From Eledone cirrhosa (lineage: Eukaryota), in NCBI GenBank assembly GCA_964016885.1, contig OZ024743.1, positions 185,132,001 to 185,196,000 of the forward strand: a DNA stretch of 64,000 bases, read 5' to 3'. Both the position numbers and the translations under genes were made by a program. Within the stretch, counting starts at the first letter, position 1. Each line of letters begins with the position of its first letter. Of this stretch, positions 37,295 through 49,559 are shown one piece after another. The notes under the pieces are model-generated. The model made no database searches. It saw nothing but the letters and a program-made list of their open reading frames with translations, and was not told the DNA's origin.

Positions 37295-40200
37295 ATGCTG
37301 CCGGACGAAAGGGCAAGTCCCCCTCCTCTTTGTTTCAGCCGCGGATGGCCAACATAACCCCAACCCCATCCCCCTTACCCATCCCTGCGCCCCACCCTCC
37401 AAACACAATCCCAAACTTCAGAGTTGGTACCATAAATGTAGGCACCTTAAAAGGCCGCTCTAATGAGGTTGTAGAAATGCTTGAACATAAGGAGGTTGAT
37501 ATTTGCTGCATCCAAGAGACCAGGTGGAGGGGCGGGTCTGCTAGATTCATTGTGGGTAAAAAACGTTGCTATAAGCTCTTCTGGGTGGGAAATGACAATG
37601 GGATAGGTGGGGGTAGGAATCATATTAGCAGAAAAATGGGTGGATAAGATAATAGATGTAAATAGAGTAAATGACAGAATAATTAAAATAAGACTTGTTC
37701 TAAATAGAACTACTGTGACAGTAATATCGGCATACGCGCCCCAATCCGGACTGCCTGGCGCTATAAAAGACAGATTCTATGAGACACTGATGCTCACTAC
37801 CTCCCAAATAACCGACAGTGACTATATAATTATTGCTGGCAACCTAAATGGCCACGTTGGTCAACATTGTGACAGCTATGACGGAATCCACGGAGGCTAT
37901 GGGTTTGGTACTAGAAATGAGGAAGGCTCCAGAATCCTGGAATTCTGTGATGCAAATAACCTAACTATCTGTAACACTAACTTCAAAAAAACGAGACAAT
38001 CACTTGATCACCTACAGATCGGGGGAACATACCAGCCAGGTAGATTATATCCTTACTAGAGGACGTGACAGAGTGTCTGTTGTAAAAACTAAATCCCTCC
38101 CCCATGAAGAATGCACCTCCCAACATAGACTGCTAATTAGCGACCTCATAGTCAGGACAAGACGTACTAGACAACAGAAGAGGACTATCCTCAGGAGAAA
38201 AATATGGACGTTAAAGGACCCCACAGCCAGAAATAAATTTCAAAGCATGTTACTTGATGCTTTCGACAGTAAGGAAGAGCAATTAGAGTCAGATAATATA
38301 GAGGAACAGTGGGAATTCCTGAAAGCAAACCTGCTGACGGCGGCAGATGAAGTCTGTGGCTGGAGCAGGCCTATAGGCAGGAGGAGAGTAACATGGTGGT
38401 GGAACAGAAAGGTGGAGGAGTCACTTAAGGCCAAAAAGCAGGCTTGGAAAGTATGGCGGGATGGGGGAAGTAGAGAAGACTATCAAGTGGCCAGGAGGGA
38501 AGCTAGGAGACAAGTATACTTCGCAAGAAGAGAAGCAGAGGAAAGAAAGTTCAAGCATGTTCTACAACGTGAGGACCAAAAACGTGAGGTGTTCAGAATT
38601 GCTAGGCAATGTCTCAAGGAAAACCGTGATGTTGTCGGGGAGAAGTGTGTACTTAATGATGATGGTGTACTTGCCATCACTGACGCTGATAAGAAGGTAG
38701 CTTGGAAGTGTCACTACGAAAGGCTTCTAAATGAGGAGAATAAATGGGAGAAAGACAGTCTCCCCCACATCGACCCAATAGAGGGACCGGCAGTGTTAGT
38801 CAAAGGTAGTATAATAAGTAAGGCAATCAAAGATATGAAGTTGGGTAAGGCGGCTGGGCCTTCGGAAATAGTTGCTGAGATGCTGAAAGCCTCTGGAACG
38901 GTGGGACACACCATGGTCACCCGGATAGTAAACCAAGTCTTACAGAATGGGGTTGTTCCAAAGGACTGGCGTAGCAGCATCATCATTAACTGTTACAAGG
39001 GTAAAGGAGATGCCCTAGATAGGAGTAACTATAGAGGCATTAAATTAATCGACCAGGTCATGAAGGTCACGAAAAAAGTTATAGCGCAACTAATCAGAGA
39101 GAGAATTGATCTAGATGAAATGCAGTTCGGGTTTGTGTCAGGCAAAAGTACCACAGACGCTCTTTTCATTGTACGACAACTACAGGAGAAGTACCTAGCT
39201 AAAAGTAAACCCCTATACTTAGCTTTTGTTGACTTGGAGAAAGCCTTCGACAGAGTCCCCCGTTCCATTATCTGGTGGGCTCTTAGAAAACTAGGTGTTG
39301 ATGAATGGTTTGTGAGAGCTATACAAGCCATGTATAAAGAAACAGTCAGCAAGGTTAGAATTAACAACGAATATAGTGAAGAGTTTAGCGTAAAAGTTGG
39401 TGTCCATCAGGGCTCTGTTCTTAGCCCTCTACTATTTATTATTGCCCTTCAGGCTATAACAGAGGAGTTCAAGACCGGCTGCCCATGGGAACTCCTATAC
39501 GCAGATGACCTAATACTCATAGCTGAATCAATGGCCGAGCTAGAGAAGAAATTCCAAACATGGAAGCACGGCCTAGAATCAAAAGGCCTTAAAATTAACC
39601 TGGCTAAGACTAAAGTTCTAGTTTGTAGGAAAGAAAATAAGGCGCCGGTTCCTTCCGGGAAGTGGCCATGCTCAGTGTGTAGGAAAGGCGTAGGTAGAAA
39701 CTCCATTTTATGTCCCAAATGCAAAGTATGGGTGCATAAAAGATGTAGTGGGATCACAGGTAAGCTAACTAAGAACATAGATTTTACATGTGGCCGGTGC
39801 TCTGGTGCAATAAGTAGCAGCAAGTGCCCACAAAATACTAGCTCTTTCAATTGCGCAGAGGGTTCTATAGAAATAGTGGACAGCTTCCGTTACCTGGGTG
39901 ACAAAATCAGCAGTGGGGGAGGGTGCTCGGAAAGTACAGTAGCTAGAGTCAGAACTGGATGGAAAAAGTTCAGAGAGCTTATACCACTATTAGCCGCTAA
40001 AGGGTTCTCCCTAAAAATGAAAGGCAGGCTGTATGATGCCTGCATACAAACAGCAATGTTGCATGGCAGTGAGACCTGGGCATTGTGTGCAGAGGATATA
40101 CGCAGACTAGAGAGGAACGAAGCTTGCATGCTCCGCTGGATGTGTAATAGTAATATATGTGAACGGCAAAGCATAAACGAACTAAGGGAAAAATTAGAAA

Positions 40201-40835
40201 TAAGAGGGATCAGATGTTGTTTACTCGAGAGAAGGCTACGTTGGTATGGTCACGTGATGCGCATGAAAGACGACAGCTCTATAAAAAAGTGCAGGGCAAT
40301 AAAGATAGACGGTAGCCACGGAGTAGGCAGACCCAGAAAAACCTGGGACGACCTGATAAATTCCGACCTCACACCCTTACACCTCTCCAAGACAATGTCA
40401 CTGGACCGAGATCTTTGGCGGTACTCAGTAATAGAGAAGACCTGCGTTACCTAAATACAAAGTAAAACCTACTACAGTCAGTAGGCATCTCTAACAAAAT
40501 ACACCCCTGTCCCACCACCCCCACCCCATCCACGCCGCCCCTTTCAATGTAAAGTTATGTTGGTGCCACAACATCCAGGCCGAAACAAATGAGATCGTGT
40601 AGGTGTCACGACAAAAAAACACACAGTCCACGCTGTAATGTGGCCGTGTAGGCAACACGGTAAAAACCTCCCAGTCCCACACTGTAAATGTGGTTGGTGT
40701 TAGGAAGGGCATCCAACTGTAGAAAACCTGCCAGACAGTCCTATGCGAGCGAGACAACCACTCTTGCCTCAAGTGGGAAAACTCCCGTCCAAACCCATGC
40801 AAGCGTGGAACATGGACGTTAAACGATGATGATGA
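37295..40835 (+). mobile_element. Near full-length RTE-type LINE (APE-RT-PHD), antisense in DERA intron 2
   Basis: APE motifs GTINVGTL, CIQETRW, SAYAPQ, GNLNGH, QVDYIL, QHRLL. RT motifs FVDLEKAFDRVP, HQGSVLSP, YADD. C4HC3 finger, [11 protein letters not shown] and a (GAT)n tail. Two +1 frameshifts. Confidence 0.95.
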
Positions 40836-40886
40836 TATATATATTCATACATACATATATATATTCATACATACATATATATATTA

Positions 40887-42095
40887 CAGGGAAAAATGCG
40901 GGCGCATGTAAAGAAATATTCTTAAATTAATAAACCTAGAAAAGTAAAGGACAAGTTATTACACCTGGAAAAGTAAAGGACAAGAAAACTTCTTCTTAAA
41001 ACTTCTTAAAATATTGCAGCTATAGTATAAATTTGAATAATAACAAATATTTGATTTAAATATACATAGAAAGTGATAAATTCTAATAATACAGTTGACT
41101 CTCTAATTGATAATAATACTAATTTATGATAATTTATTTAATTTTGTGATCCTAATTTACACCATAGTGGTTGGGTCATTAAATAAATATACTTTATTTT
41201 ACTTTACTAAATGGGACTGAAAAAATGAGTGACAATTATAAACATCAAATAAAACAAAATTTTGGCGTGTAAATGACACTAACAATTAATTAATAATTAA
41301 TTAGGGAGCCAACTGTAATGATAAATAATAACAAATTATAATTGTTTAATAATGAAATTTAAGACCTGTCAGAGATCAAAATAACCAATCTACATTTTTA
41401 GGTAGAGTAAAATTAGACTACAATTAAAAATTAAACATTGTCTAATTCAACAGTTCATCTAATGAATTGATGAATTCACTATAATTGATTGATTCACTAT
41501 AAATGAATAATTGATGAATTGACTTTTACCTAATTTTGCCCCTTGAGATGTTGAATTTTACTATATTATAAAAAAAAATCTGTAATACTCATAAAAAGTG
41601 CAATTATATGATGCAATTATATTGATTTATTTTACTGCATTATTTTATAACTAAATTTTTAAAAATATAATTTGATTAAGAGTGAAAATTTTTAAATATC
41701 TTATAACATAAATTAATAAATTGTACATATTAATTATTATTATTATTATTAATTAATTATTGTACAAATTATTGTACAAATTTTATTTTAAAAAGATTAA
41801 TTTGTATACATCAAGAAAAAAATTAAGTATACAGTAGTCAACTCTCCCTATAAGACAGTCATTTTTCCAGTCCTTTAAAGTGATATTTTTTTAACAATTA
41901 ACTTATAATTATTTATTTTTAGTTTTATAATCTAAATATTTTTTTTCAAATTTAGACTTTAGCTGCAATATTTTAAGAAGTTTTAAGAAGAAGTTTTCTT
42001 GTCCTTTACTTTTCCAGGTGTAATAACTTGTCCTTTACTTTTCTAGGTTTATTAATTTAAGAATATTTCTTTACATGCGCCCGCATTTTTCCCTG
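40887..42095. mobile_element. Tc1/mariner-type non-autonomous element with long TIRs
   Basis: TA|CAGGGAAAAATGCGGG...CCCGCATTTTTCCCTG|TA. Perfect inverted repeats 40887-41022 and 41960-42095 around a very AT-rich non-coding interior. Confidence 0.8.
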
Positions 42096-42208
42096 TAATC
42101 CACTTTTTTTCCAGGCAATGCAAGGATATTATATTAATATTAAAAATATTTATCAACAAATAAGTTAAATAAATAATAATGAATAGGAAGAAGTGCAGAT
42201 AGGAAAAG

Positions 42209-42281
42209 TAATCAGGGTGGGAATCGAACCCATGACCTTCGGATTGCCGGTCCGCTGCTCTACCGACTGAGTTACCTGCCC
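42209..42281 (-). pseudogene. tRNA-like pseudogene or SINE head (apparent GGC/Ala anticodon)
   Basis: 73-nt cloverleaf-like GGGCAGGTAACTCAGTCGGTAGAGC...GGTTCGATTCCC. A and B boxes are good, but every stem has a mismatch and position 33 is C. Confidence 0.7.
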
Positions 42282-42562
42282 ACAATTCACTATTGCACAA
42301 TCTATCACTATTTTAATGTATTAGAAATTAGAAACAAACTAAGCGTTACTTATGTATGTAGTTCCTTACACTCTTTTGGTCCTCACTTATTTTTATGTAA
42401 CTTTTTTTCTACTGAACCAAATTTCAATATTTTTATGTCAAAAAGTAGCTTATCTGTGGTCCTATAAAGTGCAAAAAACCGCATCCAATTCTATCAAAAA
42501 TTGAATTAGTGACAAAGCTTTGAGGGTGTCGCGAGTGACCGAAATGGGACCTTAAGAATATT

Positions 42563-42586
42563 ATACACCTACTACCGTAGGTGTAT
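42563..42586 (+). mobile_element. Helentron/HINE-like 3' stem-loop
   Basis: ATACACCTAC-TACC-GTAGGTGTAT, a 10-bp stem at the end of the 42100-42590 segment. Confidence 0.45.
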
Positions 42587-42606
42587 TATATATATATATA
42601 TATATA

Positions 42607-45600
42607 TTCTCTTTTACTCTTTAACCTGTTTCAGCCATTCGGCTGAGGCCATGCTGGGGCACTGCCCTTGTTACTACACATTTTATCTCCAGCCTGTATA
42701 GGTTGGCCACTGGTGTAAGAGGGAGTTTGTTGCTGCTGCCCTTAGGTTTCCCTCGTGCCTTGCTGTGGGCTCATCCAGGATCCTGGATAGCAAGGTATTG
42801 AGATGTTTCTAGAAGACATCCACCTCCACGTCATGCAAATCTCTCAGATCCCTCGGCAGCTTGTTGAAGAGTTGAGGGCCCTTGAATCCCAGGCTATTGC
42901 AATACCTGCTCCTTATTCTAGATGTGGAAGACGGGACTTTTGGCACCACACAGTGACGTCCTGTTCGACGGTTGGTCCAGCTCCCAATGCCAAAGTTTGG
43001 TGCTAGTCCCTCCAGGATTTTCCACATGTAGATCACTGCGTATCTCTCCCGTCTTCGTTCCAAGGAGTAGAGGTTCAGTTCCTTTAGCCTCTCCCAGTAG
43101 CTTGTCTCCTTCATCGTGGCAATCTTCTTGGTGTAGCTTCGCTGGATTGCCTCAAGCTCCGTGATTAGTTTGACACTATGGGGTGACCACAACTGGGAGC
43201 AGTAGTCCAGGCGGCATAGGACAAATGTTCTCCATAGTGTCAACATGGTGTCTCGGTATCTTGTCCGGAAAGTCCTCAAGATCCAGCCAGCAAGTCGTCT
43301 GCACATTGTCGCCACTTTCATGATGTGTGAGGAAAAAGATGCATCATCGCTCATGTCTATGCCCAGGTTTCGTATCGATTTTGACACGGGGATATCGGCC
43401 CTTCCTGGTCCTGTGTAGTTGTGTTGTACTATATTTGTGTTTGAGGTTTGTTTGGAGGTTTGTATTGTAGGGCTTGGAATTTGCTAGCATTAAACTGCAT
43501 GTTGTTTTCTTCCGCCCATTTGTATATGGCATCCAGATCCTGCTGTAAAAGGGCATCGTCAGCCGGGTTTTTGATTGCCTGTGCTACCTTAGTGTCATCA
43601 GCATAGCTAGTGAGGGATGTTGTTGTATGTACTACAGAGGGCATGTCTGAGAGAGCCACCAAAAACAGTAGTGGTCCCAGGACTGTCCCTTGGGGCACCC
43701 CACTTGTTATTGGTGTTTCCTTTGAGAGGGCCCTGTTTGCTGCGACTGTCTGGCTTCTGTCCTTTAGGAAGTCATGCAGCCACTCACCTACTTTTCTAGT
43801 TATGCCGAGTCCGTGTAGTTTGTAATATATCATTCCGTGGTCGACCTTGTCAAAGGCCTTCGCAAAGTCAAGATATATCATGTTCACATGTGAGCTGTCT
43901 AGTAGTTGTTTTAGTACCCAGTCGTAGTGATGTAGCAGCTGTGTAAGGCAGCTTCTTCCTGGGCGGAAACCATGTTGCGTGCTAGTCAGGCGGTCATTTT
44001 CCTCGAGGAAAGTGATCAGTTTCTTTCTGACGACTCGCTCCATGACCTTACTGATATGCGACGTCAAGGAGACTGGTCTATAATTTTTGGCCTCCGCTCT
44101 GCTACCTCCTTTATGGATAGGGCATATTGTGCCTTCTTTCAGCTCCCTGGGGAGTACACTGCTAGCCAAGGAGCTTCTGAAGAGCATCTTCAGTGGAGTT
44201 GCTAAGGCCCGCTTACATATTTTTAAGAGAACTGCTGGGAATCCATCAGGTCCAGCAGCCGAGTCTGTTCTAATTTCATCAATGGCGTACACCACATCCT
44301 CCTCCGTTATGTCTATGTGGTTGATGGTTGCCATTTCTTGATGTAGTGTTGTGGCATCAAAGAACTCCTCTGGCTTCGTTATTTGCATGTGCCTCAGTGG
44401 ACATGTGAACACACTTTTGCACTGTTCGTTCAGTATTTCACATATCTCTTGGGGGTTTTCGGTTAATGAACCGTCCGTATGGAAGAGTGGCCCAATCTTG
44501 GAGTGTACCGAGGCAATTTCTTTTGCAAATTTAATGAAGGCCTTAGGGTTTGTTTTGATGTTTTCTATGGCCCTGTTCTCTTTCTTTGCCCTCTCATTTT
44601 CATGGGAAAGTTTGAGTGCAATCTCGGTGCCAAGTAGTGCATATTTCAAATAGGATTCCTTCTTGTTTTTGTTTTCTTGTTGCGCATTCAACTGGTTTGA
44701 GAGCTTTGTTCTACGTCTCATGAGGATTTTCCTATCTCTGGGAATAAGATTTTTGTGTCTGTTTGCCTTTTTCTCCGGGACAAACTTTTTGCATATAGTG
44801 TGTATCGTTGTCATGAAGTGTTGAAATTGTGTGTTAGTGTCTTGTGTGGCGGTGTTTTCACTCCATGATTGCTTCCGGATTTCTCTCTTAATCTTTTTCC
44901 AGTTAGCCTTGTAGAAGATAAGGCTGGATAACGTCCCGGAGCTTCTTGGTGGTTTTGTCTCTGTTGGTTCTCTCGGACCACATATCATTAGCTCTACTAA
45001 GTTATGATCCGAGAGAATTGTTGGTGTCACCTTTACATTGTGGATGAGCACTTCGTTGTTTGTAAAACAGAGGTCCAGGACATTTTCGCCTCTTGTTGGG
45101 AGGAGTATTGCTTGCTCCATGAACAGCCTGTGTGTGAGGGCCAGCAGGGATTCCGTCTGTCTCTGTTCTATTGACGTCATTCCAGGGAGGAGGTGGCCTT
45201 CAGGGCTTTTGACCTTTGGTAGGTTGAAGTCTCCCAGCAGTAGAATGTTGAGACCCTGGTCCAGTTTGTCAAGGACCTCTTCTATCCTACTTAGGCTATC
45301 CTCAAATTTACCCTCATGACTGGGGGCATCGGGCGGCCGATATGTGACACATATTACTGTCTGTAGTTGCTTCATATGTACTATCAGTGTGTCACAGACT
45401 AAGTTTGAATGTGTCAACAGTACAATTGGTGTGATATCTTCACGGATATACAGAGCAACCCCACCATGAGTTCTCTCCTTCCTGTCGAACGAAATACAGT
45501 ATATTTCGGTATATGTATTTCTGCATCTGCTATACTGCTTGTCAGGTGTGTTTCGGTTAGTGCCATGCATAGTGCTTGATTGCTTATGGCTATCTCTCCC

Positions 45601-45660
45601 AGGTAGGAAATTTTACTCATGTTACTGAGTTTCACCAGGCCTCTGACATTCAGCAGCAGC
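42607..45660 (-). mobile_element. CR1-group LINE ORF2 (APE + RT) with few lesions, sense to DERA
   Basis: LLNVRGL, LTETHL, GGVALY, YRPP, GDFNLP, LDLCF, SDH, NYRPVSLTS, YLDFAKAFDKVDH, SGVPQGTVLGPLLF, YADDTK, LERRRERY. Lesions near 45490, 43430 and 42810. Confidence 0.92.
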
Positions 45661-45674
45661 ACTATATATATATT

Positions 45675-45704
<30 letters not shown>

Positions 45705-45705
<1 letters not shown>

Positions 45706-46405
45706 CATCATCATCAACGTTTAACGTCCGTGTTCCACGCTCGCATGGGTTTGGACGGGGGTAGTCCCACTTGAGGCAAGAGTGATTGTCTTGCTCGCAT
45801 AGGACTGTCTGGCAGGTTTTCTACAGTTGGATGCCCTTCCTAACACCAACCACATTTACAGTGTGGGTCTGGGAGGTTTTTACCGTGTTGCCTACACGGC
45901 CACATTACAGCGTGGACTGTGTGTTTTTTTCTCGTGACACCTACACGATCTCATTTGTTTCGGCTTACACGATCTCATTTGTTTCGGCCTGGATGGCGCG
46001 GCACCAACATAACTTTACATAGAACGGGGTGGTGTGGATGGGGTGGGGGTGGTGGTGGTGGGACGGGGTGTATTTTGTTAGAGATGCCTACTGGCTGGAG
46101 TAGGTTTTACTATATATATTTAAGTAAGGCGGGTCTTCTCTGTTACTGAGTACCGCCAAAGGTCTCGGTCCAGTGACATTGTCTTGGAGAGGTGTAAGTG
46201 TGTGATGTCGGAGTTTATCAGCTCGTCCCAGGTTTTTCTAGGTCTGCCTATTCCGTGACTACCGTCTATCTTTATTGCCCTGCACTTTGTTATACAGCTA
46301 TCGACTTTCATGCGCATCACGTGTCCATACCAACGTAGCCTTCTCTCGAGTAAACAACATCTGATCCCTCTTATCTCTAATTTTTTCCTTAGTTCGTTTC
46401 TGCTT
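45705..46405 (-). mobile_element. RTE-type LINE 3' fragment, inverted relative to 47733-48376
   Basis: [23 protein letters not shown]...TEKTRLT plus the family 3'UTR and (GAT)n tail. Confidence 0.92.
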
Positions 46406-46416
46406 ATATATATATT

Positions 46417-46469
<53 letters not shown>

Positions 46470-46546
46470 AAAGTTATATTTAAATTGTTGGGTTACAACG
46501 AGTAAATATTTATAACTGATATAAAAGCACTCAACAAGTATATTGT

Positions 46547-46610
46547 ATTTTGTCTGAAGAAGGCATAACATATTGTTAATATGATATCCCTGAAATATAT
46601 ATAATGAAAT
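46547..46610 (+). ncRNA. Type I hammerhead ribozyme (Penelope-type, minimal stem III)
   Basis: Stem I ATTTTGT/ATGAAAT, CTGAAGA, stem II AGG/CCT with an inner TAACA/TGTTA hairpin, then GAAA-TATATA-TA. Predicted cut after 46603. Confidence 0.6.
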
Positions 46611-46652
46611 AAATATGGTTTTATAAATATAATTTCCATTTATTTAATATCG

Positions 46653-46720
<68 letters not shown>

Positions 46721-47298
46721 TATATATATATATATGTATGAATATATATATATATATATATATATATTCATATATTCAGGTTTGAGGTTTACCACTGTAT
46801 AGAGCTGGTCTATTCCGTATGGTCAATCGTAATGCAATAATATAGAGAGTTCTCAACGTAAAGCAGTTCAACCGTCTTTGTTTTTGTAGTTGGAGGTGCT
46901 ATTACGGAGTTAAATATTATAATGAAATGACAGGAGGCTGGATTTGTGTAAATCCTTGAAAGGTTTATTATACTATGATCATTTCAATGACTGGGTTCCG
47001 TATGAATCCGGTGATATCATCAGGTATTCGAAATATAATACGTGAATGTAGTAGATAAAATCCATGGGGCTGAAAATCGAGGACCCGAGGGCGACCGCTA
47101 TTCTGTTCCTTCAACCTCAGCCGGTCGCCCTGGAGTGACGTGGCTAAAGTTTATAGTATGCTACTACCGGTCAGATAAACGAAAACAGAAAGGGATGGGA
47201 GCATAAGTTAACGTCTGGGAGCATATATATGTCGTTTCTGAATTTGTGTGTTTCTTATTGGCAACATGACCCTCCCAAAGTATAACAATATATATATA

Positions 47299-47354
<56 letters not shown>

Positions 47355-47389
47355 TATATATATATATATATATATATGAATATATATAT

Positions 47390-47444
<55 letters not shown>

Positions 47445-47465
47445 TATATATATATATGAATATAT

Positions 47466-47502
<37 letters not shown>

Positions 47503-47518
47503 AATATATATATATATA

Positions 47519-47558
<40 letters not shown>

Positions 47559-47583
47559 TAAATATATATATATATATATATAC

Positions 47584-47614
<31 letters not shown>

Positions 47615-47646
47615 CATATGAATATATATATATGAATATATATATA

Positions 47647-47732
<86 letters not shown>

Positions 47733-47741
<9 letters not shown>

Positions 47742-48376
47742 GAGGGATCAGATGTTGTTTACTCGAGAGAAGGCTACGTTGGTACGGTCACGTGATACGC
47801 ATGAAAGACGACAGCTGTATAAAAAAGTGCAGGGCAATAAAGATAGACGGTAGCCACGGAATAGGCAGACCTAGAAAAACCTGGGACGAGCTGATAAACT
47901 CCGACCTCACACACTTACACCTCTCCAAGACAATGTCACTGGACCGAGATCTTTGGTGGCACTCAGTAATAGAGAAGAACCGCCTTACCTAAATACAAAG
48001 TAAAACCTACTACAGTCAGTAGGCATCTCTAACAAGATACACCCCCGTCCCACCACTCCCACCCCATCCACACCGCCCCTTTCAATGTAAAGTTATGTTG
48101 GTGCCACAACATCCAGGTCGAAACAAATGAGATCGTGTAGGTGTCACGACAAAAAAACACACAGTCCACGCTGTAATGTGGCCGTGTAGGCAACACGGTA
48201 AAAACCTCCCAGACCCACACTGTAAATGTGGTTGGTGTCAGGAAGGGCATCCAGCTGTAGAAAACCCGCCAGACAGTCCTATGCGAGCAAGACAACCACT
48301 CTTGCCTAAAGTGGGAAAACTCCCGTCCAAACCCATGCAAGCGTGGAACATGGACATTAAACGATGATGATGATGA
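47733..48376 (+). mobile_element. RTE-type LINE 3' fragment
   Basis: Near-identical to ~40195-40835. Confidence 0.92.
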
Positions 48377-48390
48377 TATATATATACATA

Positions 48391-48454
<64 letters not shown>

Positions 48455-48457
<3 letters not shown>

Positions 48458-49110
48458 GCTGCCGGACGAGAATGCAAGGACTCCTCTTTGTTTCGGCCGC
48501 GGATGGCTAACATAACCCCATCTCCCCCCCCCCCCCCCCCCCATCCAGCGGAGCATGCAAGCTTCGTTCCTCTCTAGTCTGCGTATATCCTCTGCACACA
48601 ATGCCCAGGTCTCACTGCCATGCAGCATTGCTGTTCGTATGCAGGCATCATACAACCTGCCTTTCATTTTTAGGGAGAACCCTTTAGCGGCTAATAGTGG
48701 TATAAGCTCTCTGAACTTTTTCCATCCAGTTCTGACTCTAGCTACTGTACTCTCCGAGCACCCTCCCCCACTGCTGATTTTGTCACCCAGGTAACGGAAG
48801 CTGTCCACTATTTCTATAGAACCCTCTGCGCAATTGAAAGAGCTAGTATTTTGTGGGCACTTGCTGCTACTTATTGCACCAGAACACCGGCCACATGTAA
48901 AATCTATGTTCTTAGTTAGCTTACCTGTGATCCCACTACATCTTTTATGCACCCATACTTTGCATTTAGGACATAAAATGGAGTTTCTACCTACGCCTTT
49001 CCTACACACCGAGCACGACCATTTCCCAGAAGGGACCGCCGCCTTGTTTTCTTTCCTACAAACTAGAACTTTAGTCTAGCATCTCTAACAAAATACACCC
49101 CCGTCCCATA
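48455..49110. mobile_element. Rearranged RTE copy: 5' piece (+), inverted PHD/thumb segment 48541-49077 (-), 3'UTR piece (+)
   Basis: 48455-48520 matches 37295-37365. The middle is the reverse complement of ~39605-40142. 49078-49108 matches ~40484-40513. Confidence 0.85.
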
Positions 49111-49384
49111 CACACACATTTCTTTGTACGGACTTATAACACACACACACTAACTCATGCTATCGCACGTGCTCAAGTATAGCTCTTTTTACAAAACGAT
49201 TTTTTTTCCATTTCAGGTAGACGCCTGCCATCATCCACTTTTCTAAAAAAACAAATACACAAAACGCCAGCACCAACAGTTTTGCAAGAGATGTCAGCAT
49301 GAATGGACCTGTTATTTTTATCTAAAGACATTTTTTCCAATTCCAACCTGCCCGTCCCCTCAATCTATTTTATTTCTCATTCTT

Positions 49385-49420
49385 TCTTCTGATGAAAGAC
49401 TAGCGTCCGAAACGTTAAGG
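49385..49420 (+). ncRNA. Minimal hammerhead-like motif, probably degenerate
   Basis: TCTT-CTGATGA-AAGACTAGCGTCC-GAAA-CGTT-AAGG, with a palindromic ACGT stem III and a weak stem II. Confidence 0.45.
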
Positions 49421-49511
49421 CCCTCTTCCTGCTATATCAAGCGTTAACCTAATATATATCTTCCATATACTGTACTGATTGTGTTGTTATTTCTGTTTAC
49501 CTTTTACATAC

Positions 49512-49558
<47 letters not shown>

Positions 49559-49559
49559 C

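Noticed and set aside
42209-42281. Functional tRNA-Ala(GGC) gene
   Set aside because: Mismatches in all four stems and loss of U33; kept only as a pseudogene.
48029-49009. 326-aa ORF as a novel fusion gene
   Set aside because: Chance read-through of an inverted LINE piece, poly-G, a TA repeat and an antisense 3'UTR.
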